Shown here piece after piece: positions 15,143 to 29,469 of a DNA stretch of 64,000 nt; positions within the stretch are counted from its first letter, which is position 1; every line of letters begins with the position of its first letter. Under the pieces are notes generated by a model, which had not been told where the DNA came from, did not search any database, and was given only the letters and a program-made list of their open reading frames with translations. This stretch comes from the human T2T-CHM13v2.0 reference genome, Homo sapiens. Location: assembly GCF_009914755.1 (NCBI RefSeq), contig NC_060929.1; one strand, 5' to 3'. The position numbers and the translations under genes are program-made.

Positions 15143-17851
15143 GGTTAAGACAAAGCTGACCTTTTGACTACAGGAACCATGGAAAGCGGAGAAAAATATC
15201 CAATTTTAGAAGGGGTGAAACAATGATGGAAAAAAAAATAAACTGAGCCAAGTTTTATTTGAAGAATCTTACCAAGCTGGCTATCATTTTTTCAGGCACC
15301 TGCTACGTAACAGCCACTGTGATGGCACATAATACAATTCCATTGTATGGGTGAAAGGAGGACAGCTAAAGCTGTGAGTACCTCCCACCAGACTGAGCTG
15401 CTTCTCTGCAGTCCTGGGGTGGGACTGGAATGGGCAGGGGCTGCTGGGATCACAATCCTGCACTGCTTCCCTCCACTGGCTGGAATCTGGTGAAAGGTAG
15501 CAGGTGCCCTGTACTTATTACCGAGGGCATGAAAACTTACGAGGAAAACCAGTTTTCAGGAAATATCTCTGGAGCCTTTGTCATTCCAGACCTTTCTTGT
15601 CAGCTTTTCAAGGTGTCATGGGCTGCTAATCCCACAGGCTCTGAGTCAACCTGATTTTCTATTCCAAGCATCCTCTGCATCAAAAAGTGGACTGGCACGA
15701 AAGCAGGTAAACTCAGGGCGATGCATGAAAGAGAGAAACGACTCTCATTGAAAGGAAAATGTTATGGCATAAGTCAGAATGATCTTTAAATCAGCTCAAA
15801 CTTATTTTTCTTACATCAAAGACTTGGGAGAATAAACTTCTTTCTCATCCCACTGTTCGTCTTCCCTGGAGGCATCACTGTTCCTCTGTTTAACAAATGA
15901 CTCCTGGGGAATAAATCTGCAGTTGGGAAAAATGCTTTATAATCGAGCTGCAGCTGGGGAGATGATTTGGGAAGAAGCTAGAAGAAGAAGAGAAAGTAGG
16001 GATGGGGGCGGATGGGGAGGGAGGAATGGGGGAAAGAAGATCACAGGGACCACATTTATCTGTCATTTAAGCCTCCAGGAGTTCTGCAGTCTGGGTTGGT
16101 TTGGGAGAGTTACTTAATTCAAGAGCTTTTCTCTAAGGGGATAAGGAGAAAGAGAAGACAAAAGACTTGGGATCCTAGCAGGAGGGTGGCAGCCGGTAGC
16201 TTTGCTTGGGACATCCATTGCTGTCAGCAGTGCTTTCAGCAGTTGCTTTTGGTTACCAGGGTCATTTTGATTCCTTATTTTCTATTAGAAAGGGTTAATC
16301 TGGAAGTTGTAGAGTGCTCCACTATATGTTATCCAGTCAACACACTGGCCCAATTATAGGACCAGAGTCACAAGCTTGTATGGAATCCACGCTCTTTTAT
16401 GTATTAACTTCTCAGGCCTTAAAAAGAAGGTGTACTCATTCAAACCCCTCACCCTCAATTTGTCATTGTGAAAGCTCAAAAGCGGCCAAGCAGAGGGCTG
16501 AGTGGAAAATGATGGTACAATAATAATACATTAAAACCCAATAGCACAATCCAGCCAGTGAAGCACCTGCTGAGTAACATCACATCTGATCCTTTCAACA
16601 GCCTTGGCATTCAGCTATGATTATGCTCCTTGTCACAGAGTTGAGGTCAGTTGGATATGGTGCTCCAGCCAGTGGGAGGTGGAGATGGCACAGTCCACTG
16701 GCACTGTCTTGATGCCAGCTCAGGGCTCTTCTTACTCCACCAGGGATATCTGGGTTTTCTGACTCCAGCCCTGAATACTCCCAATTATTTCAACTTCCTC
16801 TTTTGGGGAAAATGTGGACATTAGAAAAGATGATCTACCAAGTCTCCCAGGTTTTAGGAATCTGGTCATCTGACAGAAAGAAGATGTTTGTGCCATGTTG
16901 GTTCTTGAACCATGGCTCCTGAAAGATGCCTTAATCTTTGGTGCTGGTGGCTGCACTTAGCCAAAGCATGAGGCTGTTGACTCTTATTTTATTTTCAGCT
17001 GTAAGGTCCAGCTAGTATCAAAGCTCTTTTCGTAGCCATCACAGTAAAAGGTATAGTCTCCCAGTGCCTCACTCACCACTCTGAATATGACGATGCTGAG
17101 CATTGCCGCTTCAGTGATTTACCTTCAGGAGCCCTTTGAAAACACACGTGTCTATTACGCTAACAAGCACTTGTAAATATTCAAGACATCTTGACTGGTC
17201 ACTTGTTTAGGAAGTTAATTTTCCTGTCGATGATACTAAATGGTCTAAAATGGTCACTTAAGGCCTTCTGTGAAAGGGGAATGCTTACTCTTTGTTACAT
17301 TATGTTCATCTTTGAAACTAAAAACACACAGTCAGTGAATGGATGTGAACCTAACTGAGCAGAAGTTAAAAGATGACAAGTGGTGCTCATAATTGGGGTG
17401 AACTAGTACTCAAAGGGCTGACGTCCCAGAGGTACCTTGCATTCAGATCTCTGGGGAGTAAGGCTCAGGCATCAGTGATTTTCTAAATTTCTTGGTAACC
17501 CTAATATGTAGTCAGGGTTGAGAAGTGCTATGCTAACTTATACACACAGCCAATTAATGACTACATGGATAGAAACACTTTTATTTGTTCTTTATCTAAC
17601 TTTGTAACTAAATTACATTTTACCAGATTCCCAATTAGAGAGTCATATTAAAGCTCTATCTACTATGGCAGGTTCTTAATCTAAGATGTACATCAAATTA
17701 CCTGATGAACTTTTAAAGGTACACAAACTTGTGACCAGAGTTAGACAGTTGGGTTAGGAGGACTGCAATAGGGTCTGTGCAGATGTATTTACATGAACAC
17801 TCCAAAGGCAATTCTAATAAAGAGTCAGAATGAAAACCATAGGATTAAGGT

Positions 17852-18070
17852 CACGGTTCATAACCAGGGCCAATTTTGCTCCCTGCAGGACATGTGGCAA
17901 TGTCTGGAGACACTGTTGTTTGTTACTGGGGTGGGGATGGGGGCTGCTACTGGTATCCAGTGGGCGGAAGCCAGGGAGGTTGCTAAGCATCCTGCAATGC
18001 ACAAGACAGTCACATGACAAAGAATAATTCACCCCAAAATGTCAATAAGGGTGGCTCTTGAGAAATCCTT
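17852..18070 (+). mobile_element. MER20 (adjacent to MER5A-like fragments at about 17400-17530 and 17666-17845)
   Basis: tggcaatgtctggagacact...gctactggtatccagtgggcggaagccagggaggttgctaagcatcctgcaatgcacaagacag. Confidence 0.85.
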
Positions 18071-18408
18071 ATTAAGAAATCACATTTATTACCTGCATTA
18101 CTTTATGACTATTGGTAAAGTTTGTGTTTATAACAGGATATTATGAAATTACAAACATATGAATGAATCAAACTTATTTAAGACTAAATAAAATAGCTCA
18201 AACACTGGAAAAGCCCACCCAATTCTATTCTGGCTTGTGAACTAAGACACTGAATAGACTTTGCTGATTTATTTTGTTGGGAAGCCCCATTTATTTAGCA
18301 TTGTGACATTTATTTAGATCTTGCAGGCCTTTTAAAATGGCACTTAGTGTAATCAACAGTTGTTAAAAAGCAAGTTTATAAGAATATGGGATTATTCAAA
18401 TCGCAAAT

Positions 18409-18717
<309 letters not shown>

Positions 18718-19059
18718 GCAGGTAGTTTTAACATCTTGTCTTTTCTGTTGAAAGTGGATTACATTAAAAAAAAAAAACTAGAAGCTTGTGAGCAACGTGG
18801 TATTCAAGTTTATACACTCAACTGGAACACCTGTGGTTTGAGTAACTTAGAACAATCTGCATATTTACTCACAGCTAATCAGAAGTTAGGTTATATATCT
18901 AGATCCATGCTAGAATTAGAAGCCCAGTCTAAAAGTGTTGGATTCTTATAAGGAAACCAGGAGAGAGTTCAGAAGGAAAGTCTGAAATACTGCATTGGCT
19001 CTCCAGGGTTGTTAGCTATTGTTGAGTCCCGTGGGAGTCTTTATTCTCAAACATGTTTA

Positions 19060-19218
<159 letters not shown>

Positions 19219-20496
19219 TCAGCGATCTTCACGGTTGTCACCAAAAGAATGTCTTTCCATGCCCAGCTGCTCTCATAGTTTGAAAGTAAATGCATTTTTC
19301 CCCACTTTTTCAGAATGCTTATCAAGAATATATCTTTAATGAAAAGGGATGGCTTCCACAAAACACATCCCAGAGTTGGGTAAGTCACAGATGTCTGTAA
19401 TGCAACTCCTGGAATAGACAATGAAGAACTCCTAATACGGGATCTGTGAGTCCCATGACCGTGGAGGGTGGGGGACCTTCAGAAAGTCTTCTAGGTTTAC
19501 TCCATGTACAATCAGAAGCTTTTTGATTCAAAGGATTCCTCTTTGAGAGGTCCGAAACACTTTCAAAGACAGAACTTGTAACTTCTGAAATATTTTAGAC
19601 ATCTAAATTTGTCTGCCACAAAAGATACCTACCTTGGCCCAGCCAGAAGTAGACTTCTAGGAATTCATTCTAAGGACATAGTTAGAGGTTTCTGTGACAA
19701 TTTAGTCATTGGGATGTGCATGATACCTCTTATGAGAAGGGGCTGCTCCAAGCTCTTTTCTGTACTAGCACATGCTGAGCTAATGGCAACAGATGGGGTC
19801 TACTGTAATGAAATGTGTGGCTACGAAGCAGAGAGATCTTCTAGTCCTACAAGAGACAGAGATAATCCGAAGGAAAATCTTGGGGTGCTTTTAGTTACTC
19901 TACCACCTGAGCATATGTTGTTCTTCTCCTACCCACAGTTAGCATATGGTTCCAGTAGAGAATTTCTGCAATGACTTACTACAGACAACACAACCTGTAA
20001 AAGGGAGGCTGCAGGAGATGACTTAGTGGGTGGTACAAAGGGATTGAAAGAATTTAAGGACCTTGGGAACAGTGGTAGAAAAAGAAGGACGATTCTCAAA
20101 CTTTGGGAGCATCGGAATCCTCTGGAGGTGTGTGCAGTACAGACTGCTGGCTCCATGCTGGAGTCTCTGACTCAGAATGTCTGGGGTAGAGTCAGATAAC
20201 TTGCATATCCTTGGTGATGCTGATGTTGAGAACTCAGACCCCAGCTCTCTAGGGAGGGTCTGGCTGGGAGGAGGGTGGTGTTCTTTGCTGAGTGCTGGGG
20301 CAGCCATGAGGCAGATCCCAAGGATCAGTAAGCCTGGACGGAGTCTGGAGAAGTTGAATGAAATGAATCTCCAGCCCGCTATAATTGACCCAGGTAGTCT
20401 CATTTCATATTCACAACATCTTTTGCTGTTGTAATAAATTCTGTTTTACAGATGATAAAACCGAGCCTCAGAGGTTGTCCAAGGCCACACAGTAAG

Positions 20497-20747
20497 TGTG
20501 TCTCTGCTTCAGATGGCCAAGATACTGGAGATCAAACCCAGAGAGGACCAAGGAATGAGATTTTGAGGAATCAATCTATTTGCAATTAGCCTCCCCCTTC
20601 ACACTCTCTTGGCTCTTTGAACCTCCTTTACTGATCACCATTGATTTTGTATTGGAATTATTTGGCTGTGACCTCATTACTGCACCGAGACTTTCTGGAG
20701 GGTAGAAGGCATGTCAGTCTTACGTCTCTACCTAGCATTCAGCTGAG
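20497..20747 (+). repeat. Local dispersed duplication, copy 1 (partner 23589-23841)
   Basis: tgtgtctctgcttcagatggcc...cctagcattcagctgag aligns end to end with 23589-23841, roughly 85% identical by eye. Confidence 0.92.
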
Positions 20748-21857
20748 GAGGAGCTGGAACAAAACCTGTGAAGATGGGAAAGAAAGGGCTTCAGGCCTGT
20801 TGTCAAATATGAATGCAGAATATGATTTTTTAAGAATTAAAATAAAATAAAACAGGTTTCATGTTAAAATGCTACTGAACATGAAGAGTTTTTTGATACC
20901 TAAAAAGTTCCACAGACGTGTTAAGATAGGCTCTATCAGCAGCATTTTTGTGTAACACTGGGAAAGGTTATACAATTCAAATTAGTATTTTTGGCATTTG
21001 CTGATCTTCGAATATAAACAAAATTTCTCAGCTTCCTAGATAATATAACTAGGCAAATACTGACAGCATTTTTATGTAAAATTTTATAAATTCCATCCTG
21101 TGATGGCCAACCTTTGTTTCTGACACAATCCGTGGTGGTGGCCAGAGAGGAACTAACTTTCTGCTAGGGAAAAGGTGGTGACAGGCATTTGGATATTATT
21201 TTAAACTAAAAGAATGGCCCTTTTAAAGGAGCATTTTAGATCATTCCTTCTTGAAATGATTTTCACCAGGTTGAGCTGTGAAGCTGTTAAAATAATAAGT
21301 TTGTCAAAGATTCTGAATCAGACCTCTTTGGCCAGAAGAACTTTGCATGGCAATGTGTGATTATGTTTCGCTCTTTAGCGTGGCAAGTTAGCATTTCCAA
21401 ATAGAATTAATGAAATTCAGGCTGGAAAGCAACTTAGGGTAGCGTGTGTACACCCTGATCTGAAAAAAACCCTCTGCAGCTCTTCTTTGACTAATGTGCT
21501 CAGTCTTTCCTTCGAGTATCCTTTTTTTGGAGGCAGGCTGCCTCCCAATTCACCAATAAACTTCCTAATAATCAGCCCTAATTTCACTGGTAATCATTAA
21601 ATGCGCAGGACCAACCAATAGGAAATAATCAAAATGAACAACTTAACATCAGAAGTTGTCAATACTAATCTTAGCGTTTTTCTTTATTCTAGTTTCTATT
21701 CCATTCTAGTCCAGTCTCCTCCAAAATTTAAAAAGTTATTAATTGGCTACTATATTACAATGTGTAAGATATTGAAAAATGAGAAAGATTAATAACTTAA
21801 GGTCTCAGCAGAGAAGGGGAGTGACTGAGATACGCCTACACCCACACAGCACCTATG

Positions 21858-22626
21858 ATATAGACTTCAAGAGGGGGTTATCATGCTGTCTGCAGGGGTG
21901 ATGAGGCTCAGTATACATATAGACTTCAAGAGGGGGTTATCATACTGTCTGAAGGGGTGATGAGGCTCAGTATACATATAGACTTCAAGAGGGGGTTATT
22001 ATACTGTCTGCAGGCATGGTGAGGCTCAGTATACATACGGACTTCAAGAGGGGGTTATCATACTGTCTGCAGGGGTGATGAGGCTCAGTATACATATAGA
22101 CTTCAAGAGGGGGTTATCATGCTGTCCGCAGGGGTAATGAGGCTCAGTATACATATAGACTTCAAGAGGGGGTTATCATACTGTCCGCAGGGGTGATGAG
22201 GCTCAGTATACACATAGACTTCAAGAGGGGGTTATCATGCTGTCTGCAGGGGTGATGAGGCTCAGTTTACATATAGACTTCAAGAGGGGGTTATTATACT
22301 GTCTGCAGGCATGGTGAGGCTCAGTATACATAAGGACTTCAAGAGGGGGTTATCATACTGTCTGCAGGGGTGATGAGGCTCAGTATACATATAGACTTCA
22401 AGAGGGGGTTATCATACTGTCTGCAGGCATGATGAGGCTCAGTATACATATAGACTTCAAGAGGGCATTATCATACTGTCTGCAGGCAACATGAGGCTCA
22501 GTATACATACAGACTTCAAGAGGTGGTTATCATACTGTCTGCAGGCATGATGAGGCTCAGTATACATACAGACTTGAAGAGGGCGTTATCATACTGTCCG
22601 CAGGCATGATGAGGCTCAGTATACAT
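21858..22626. repeat. 59-bp minisatellite (VNTR), 13 copies
   Basis: Unit tagacttcaagagggggttatcatactgtctgcaggggtgatgaggctcagtatacata starts at 21861, 21920, 21979 ... 22569, with an exact 59-bp period. Confidence 0.97.
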
Positions 22627-23588
22627 TTTTATATAAACTGTCTCTTTTCAATGGGCAATGATTTCCTATAGGCCTCTGGGCTTGGGTTTCCACTTTTAAT
22701 CAACTATGCCTCAGTGCATGAAACATATCTTAAGAGAATATTTGATTTTCACATTGGTGGTAAGGAGGGTTTCCTGTTCCTCCGTCTTCCCCACAAACAC
22801 AAGTTCTACTCTTTCAACCACAAATTTCAGCTTTTTATTGTTGTTGGTTAAGACTTTTGATCAACATGTTAAGGTGAAGTCATGTCAGCTTATGATTGAA
22901 ATAGCATAAGCTTGTTAGTACATGATACAGCTATAAGCATCACGACTTGAACACAGCTCAAATTTTTGTCTCAACACCTTTACTATGAAACTTAACAAGA
23001 TGTTTCACTGTTTAAAAATAAACACCCTGATAACCTTCCGCGATGCTCACTAAATGGTTAGTTGTAATCATGGTCCTTAGTGTTTGACAATTAATCAATG
23101 TTCAATCTAGAAAGTTCCTCCCTCCCATTGTACTTAAACCATCTTCTGCCCATCATGAGGAAGGTGACTTCTATGTCTGGTTAGAAATGGGTATGGAAAA
23201 ATTCTATGCATAAACATAGTATTAAATACCTGTAGATTATTTGTTAGAAGCACAAAAATGTGCATAATATCTCATCCTTATTAGTAACCTTTACAATCGT
23301 GACTGAATTGTCAGTTGCTATGTCATTGGGAAGTTCCTGCTAAAAGTGGATTCTATAATCTTTTTATCTAATAGATAAAAAATGAAACAATTCATTTTTA
23401 TGTCTTCCAAATTAAAAGACCAATCTATTTTTTATTTTAATGCAACTAAACTGCTTCCTTTCCCCTGTCTTCTGTGCTGCTTGAAATCTCATTTCTTTGA
23501 ATCTCCATCACTCAGTGCTCTCCTAGGACCCAACGTGGAACTCAGACCATATGTTCACCTGTATGACTACGGCATTTTCCATGAAAGA

Positions 23589-23841
23589 TGTGTCTCTGCT
23601 TCAGATGGCCAGGATACTGAAGATCAAACCACAGGGAAAACCAAGGAATGAGATATTGGGTAATCAATGTATTTGTAATTAGCCTCTCCCTTCACACACT
23701 CTTAGCTCTTTGAACCTCCTTTACTGATCATCATTTATTTTGTATTGGTATTATTTAGGCTGTGACCTTATTACTGCACTGGGACTTTCTGGAGAGTAGA
23801 AAGCGTGTCATTCTCATGTTTATACCTAGCATTCAGCTGAG
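23589..23841 (+). repeat. Local dispersed duplication, copy 2 (probable donor; runs into an L2-like 3' end)
   Basis: Matches 20497-20747 and continues with tgtgtgacacatagttggctc, which is L2-tail-like. Confidence 0.9.
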
Positions 23842-25155
23842 TGTGTGACACATAGTTGGCTCTTATTGAGAATTCAGCCCTTCCATCGGATTGGAATTCA
23901 GGAAAGCAGGGGCACATTTACTCTGTGACTGACTGTGCTCTATGCTTACAGAATAAATATCAGATGTTTGTTCCAGCATTTGAATACTGGCTTCTTAAAC
24001 TGTACCTTGTGTTACAAGCCTCATCTTGAGTTATTCGAGGCAGTTTCAACTTGCAAAAAAAAAAAAAATAGAAGATGCAATTGAAGATAGCATACAGCAT
24101 CGCAAGTAAAATTAGTTCAAGATATAAACTTTCTTATGATTGTTCACAAGTTTGTGGCCTGGAGCCAGTCAGATATTTCCCAGTTTCTCACCCGTCTACA
24201 ACCTCAGGCTTGGAGGAAGAGCTTTCACAGCCTGGCTCAAGGCTAGGTTGTCTTCCTATGTCTGTTTCCTCCTCTCCTCTCTCCCTCACCTTCTCCTTGG
24301 CCTTCAGGGTCTGGACTCCACTGGAGTTGTCTCATACCCAGCCTACTTACATGTCCTTGAGCCCTGGGTCCAGCCCTGCTATAATCACCGTCCATCAGGT
24401 GGCCCAGCCCTTCACATCCCTGGGCAGGCGCTCCCTGAGCTCCTACATCTCATCTTCCAATTTATAACCATCAGAGCCCAGATGCTGGGTCTCTGCAGGA
24501 TCTGGCCTGGGTTCCTGAGACCATATACTAGTTTGAGGAGTGGGGTGGGCTGTCTGGAGGGTGTTAGAGAACAGAACTAGGTTTAAGTGATACAGAGAGT
24601 CCCAAGGCACCGTCCCGTCGAAAAATGAAGTCACATACTTAGTACAGCCTTGATGCAACCCAGCAAGGCAGGCCGGGGAGGCAGAAGACACCAGAGATGA
24701 TGGCATGGACCAGAGACCAGACCCGACCCTGGGGATACCTGCGACCCCTCAGGGCAGAGCTGAGGGCCTCTGGACGCTTGACCAAGGATAAGGAGAGGCT
24801 GTCTGGGGTTCCCAGGCCCACTGATCCCTCCCCCTGGAATGTTCTTCCTTCCACCTTGAAGCCATCAACTCTGACAGTCGCAGTTGCCAGGGCTCAATCC
24901 AAGCACTGCCTTTTCTACCTTCTAAGCCTTGCCTCAGCCCCGCTACTCCTTCCTTCATAGCTCCAGGCACAAGCTTCTCTTAGAGCACCTGTAACACACG
25001 ATGTTTGAGTCTGGTCCCACAAGGCGTTAGGAGGTAGGGGGGAGCATCATCTTATTTGGTTGTTTGTGCTCCCCACTGTGCAGGACACAGTAGGAACTCA
25101 CTGGATATCGACTGGATGAAAGAGCATATGGTTCTTTTCAGGACTCTTTCTAGAC

Positions 25156-25345
25156 CAGTGGTTCCTAACTAGGATGACTGTGCCACCAGGGAATATTTTT
25201 GGTTGTCACCGCTGGGTGAGTGTTGGGGACATTACAGGCATCTCATGGGTAGAGGCAGCCAGGGCTGCTGCTAACCATCCCACAATGCTCAGGACTGCCC
25301 CCACCACAAGGCACACCAACTGTTTCGAGGCTGAGAGGTCTGCTC
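25156..25345 (+). mobile_element. MER20 (degenerate), followed by a MER5A-like element at about 25415-25580
   Basis: cagtggttcctaac...atttttggttgtcac...ggcatctcatgggtagagg...gctgctaaccatcccacaatgctcaggac. Confidence 0.75.
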
Positions 25346-26328
25346 TGGATAGCTGGGCTCCATGAGGATCTAATCTACATGTGTGCTTCCCCAGCACCTA
25401 ACCTGTGTTCAGCCCTGTGGCTTCTCAAACCTATGCTCCTCTGCTGCATCAGAATCAGCTTTGGAGCTTGATTAAAATACAAAGGCGCAGGCCCTTCCCC
25501 TATACTTCGATTAGCCCCATTCTCAGTGTGTTTCACTGGTCTCCAGCTGATGAGAACGCATTCCAAAGGTGAGAACCACGGCCTTAGCCCACGGTAGGAA
25601 ATTCAATGTGGAAAGGTAGAGTACTTCTTGAATGGCCATGAAGCCATGTGGCTGTCTGCCGTGTGCTATGTGATGTATAGACTCTGAACAACACTCCCCA
25701 GGCTCTTCCTAACAGGATGGGACCATGGCCCCCACACACACCAGTTATGGCCTTTAGACCAATGGCCATCAGCTTCTAACAGTCAACCAGCAAATGATGG
25801 GAAATAACACTAAACTTGTGAGGGGGGATCTCACAAGTAGAACATAAATATGGAGCATCTTAATTTTTTGACCATGTAATTACCTGCTCAGAAATTGATG
25901 GAAATTTTTTAACTCATGACAATCTTTTAATTCAACAACACAGGCACCCCCAGTAACAAGATCTCCAGAACTCCCAGCCTCTCCTGCCTGCTCTCTCTTG
26001 CTTAGGCTAAGCAGAGACTGAACAGACCTAATAGCTACCCCTTCAAAGAGCCATATTATTAGCAGCCAAATCGATTATCAAGTATTAATTACACGTAAAA
26101 ATGCAAAAAATTGGCTCTTTGGAGTTTGATGCCTATAATTAGCTCCTTTCTGTGGAGAACATCCTTACATCCTCGATGGCTTGAATTTATCATAAATTAC
26201 CTGATCTGAGTAAGTGTGAGAATGGGAAATTATGCCAATCATACTTTTCTCGATTCCACGAAGCACACTTGCTTTTGCTTCAAAAACATTAAATTTTAAA
26301 GAGATCTTCTATCCGTGAACACCTAGAT

Positions 26329-26519
26329 CAGGAGTTAAAAACTCTCTGTAAAGGATCAGAGAATAAATATTTCAGGCTTTGCGGGCCACACAGGGTTTCT
26401 GCCACTTTTTCTTCTCTCCTCCTCTTTCTCCTTCTTTCAACAACCTTTTAAAAAATGTAAAACCTGTTCTTACTTGAAGCCATACAGAAACGGGTCACTG
26501 GCACGATCAACCCCTGACC
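26329..26519 (+). mobile_element. MER58B-like hAT MITE
   Basis: ctgtaaaggatcagagaataaatatttcaggctttgcgggccac...aacccctga. Confidence 0.7.
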
Positions 26520-27790
26520 GAGATTCTCATCTGAAGCTCAGATATAGGATTCAGGAGGGTGTCTGTGAACTCCTGATATTTTGTTCCAAGTTTTGTATAT
26601 TTTTATATGCACGTTATGCATGGTTTTTTGTTTTTATTTTCTGTGCTAGAGGTACAGAACTTTCAGCATATTCTGAGGCTGGGATCCTAAACTGTCTAAA
26701 AACATCTCACCAAAATAAGTGGTTTGAGCAGCCCCTGCTTGGAGCAGCACGCTGCTCTCCTAAATCTAGAGTCTGGGTTTCAGGAATCAAATGTATTTGC
26801 CTCCTCGGGGAAACGGCAGCTCTGCCTTGTGTCCTCCCACAAGGCCTTGGGAAACTTTGTCTGTGGTTTCCAAAATCATTGTCCAAAAAGCCCATCCTTT
26901 TCTTCCGTGCAGGAAGATTGTCCTCTTTGTTGAGTGCCCAGGGGTGGGGAAGGAAGGGGTGTCTTCGCCCAGCCACTGGGTCTGCTGACTCCACCTGGCC
27001 TTTACTGGAGTGACAGTAATCCAGCCACAGCCTCTCTCTCTAGGTGCAGAGGTTGCAGGGCTAGGGGGGCAGCATGAGACCCTCCAAGTCTGTCCATCCC
27101 CTTCATTCTTCCACGAGGGCTCATCCCTTTGATTTGTAGCTTCTTTGAAAAAAGGGAGTGGCTGGCTTCCTTATTATTCAAAATGTTCACAAAAGTGGCT
27201 TCTCCTGTACCTGCTGCGGTGCACATAGCTGCGCTACTTAGCTGTGAAGGCGCTTTCTTTGCTTTGGCCTCCTCATCCGGGAGGTGCTGCTGGGAATGGT
27301 GTGGACATCACAGGGGATCTGCAGTGACACAGGGCAGCTGCTCAGCGCCGGGCTGGTTTCTTCTCAGTAAACGTTAGCTGAGCAGCTGCTCCACCAGAGA
27401 CCTCCCAGCCCAGAGGGGAGAAACATGCCAGGCGGGTTACCAGCACCCCACAGGAAAAGTGTCTCCCGCAAATGTGTGAGAGGAAAGAACAGAAGGTTTC
27501 ACAGTAGCATTGGCAATTTTAGTCATTTATTTTTTAAAAATCAAAAACTAATGTAAAAATATTAAGACAGTGGGGGAAATGTAGAACTAAAAGTGATGTC
27601 CACACTCTTCGCTTTCCCTTAAGGAAATCACTGTGACCATTTGGTGTTTATCATTCAAGATTATTTTCCACTCGTATTAATGAACCATGTAGGTAAGATT
27701 CTGTTTTTTACCATAACAATTCCTCAGGCAACTGGCTTTTACCCCTCAAAAGTTTATCTCTGTCTCTGTTCATGATGGTAGCTACAGTTA

Positions 27791-28144
<354 letters not shown>

Positions 28145-29469
28145 TTAAATTAATACCCTGTTAATGAATATCCAGATTATTTCTAATTTTTTACTGTATT
28201 ATGTAATGTTTGGTTCAATTTTGGAGGAGATATGGGCTTTAGAGGAATCATTCTAGGAAGATAAAATAGCAGAGATAAATAATTTCAAATCAACAAAGCA
28301 GCCAACCTTGACTGGGTGCCTGCTTTCTTCCATACGCAATGCTAAGTCCTGGGATAAACTGATGAGAGTACCTGGCTTGTGACCTTTAGAAGGTCACCGT
28401 CCAGCAAGGTAAACAGACATTATATTTGATGTGAGTAACCACGATATCATCAGTATGTAACTAGCAGTGTGAAGAATTTGGGAACCCATCTTCTTTGGAA
28501 GTGACATCTAGATATACAACAGAAAACAAATATAGGCTGAAATGGATGAAAATTTTACTCTTCATCTGTTTTAGTAAAATATTTCCTTAAGTTGTAATTC
28601 TGTAAATGTAGATATCAGTTATTTTCCTTCACACTTACAGCAGCAAGTCATGGGTGGTAACTTAAAAAATAAGGACACGGAACATAATAAACATGTTTCC
28701 AGCAAAAAAGCAGCTCATGCAATGTAAATGGAAAGTATTAAAAATGCGTACTTTTAGATGCAAAGGGCAAGGCTTAAAGTACAGGCACAGGTTTGGGCTA
28801 AGTTCCAGGTGAACAGCCTGTGCAAATACCATCCACGCACATCCGTGCAGGGGTGGGGTCTGCAGGCTCCAACCAAGGACAGGACCTGGCAGGGAGCCAT
28901 GGCATTCTGTGGCAAATGTTAATTTTGGCATATAATTCTCCATTTTTACTAAGCCTGGCATCCTCAGCCAGTGCAATATGTCTACTAAAACTGCGGCTGG
29001 CTCATGGTGGACCAAGGGCAAATCTTGTTAATGGCCTTTTACTCAACCACATTCTCTGTGCTAAGTGCTTCCTGAGATCTGGCCACAGGACAGCCCAGGT
29101 GGATTGCTGCAAATCCTGGGCCATCCCTCACCAGAGGTACCACTCCTGCCTCTTGTAGTTCCACGGCAGGTGGAAATGCAGTTCTGTCCTTGTCGTTCTG
29201 TGCAGGTGGAAATGTGTGACGTTTGCACGATACTCAAAAGTGGACTGAAGCAGGGCTTCTTCCCCCACCAGCCTGATGCATTCAAGTCCCTTACAAGAGG
29301 CATTTCCACTGTCATCTTTTTCTGACATCTGACCCGGAGGGCAAAGCTGAGGCTGACGTTCGATAAGCTCTGGCCTGGAAACCCAATGGCATTGGCTGGG
29401 CTGGGTTTCCAGGCTGCTTTGGAGCAGCAACTCCATTTTATTTTCAATTCCCCCTTTTAGAACTGGAGT

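Noticed and set aside
21858-22626. Regular repeat array resembling CRISPR (also 45897-46380)
   Set aside because: Units are contiguous with no unique spacers, there are no cas genes and the DNA is human; these are minisatellites.
26474-27013. Longest ORF in the track (179 aa, + strand)
   Set aside because: Non-ATG start inside a MER58-like element, no homology recognised, antisense intronic.
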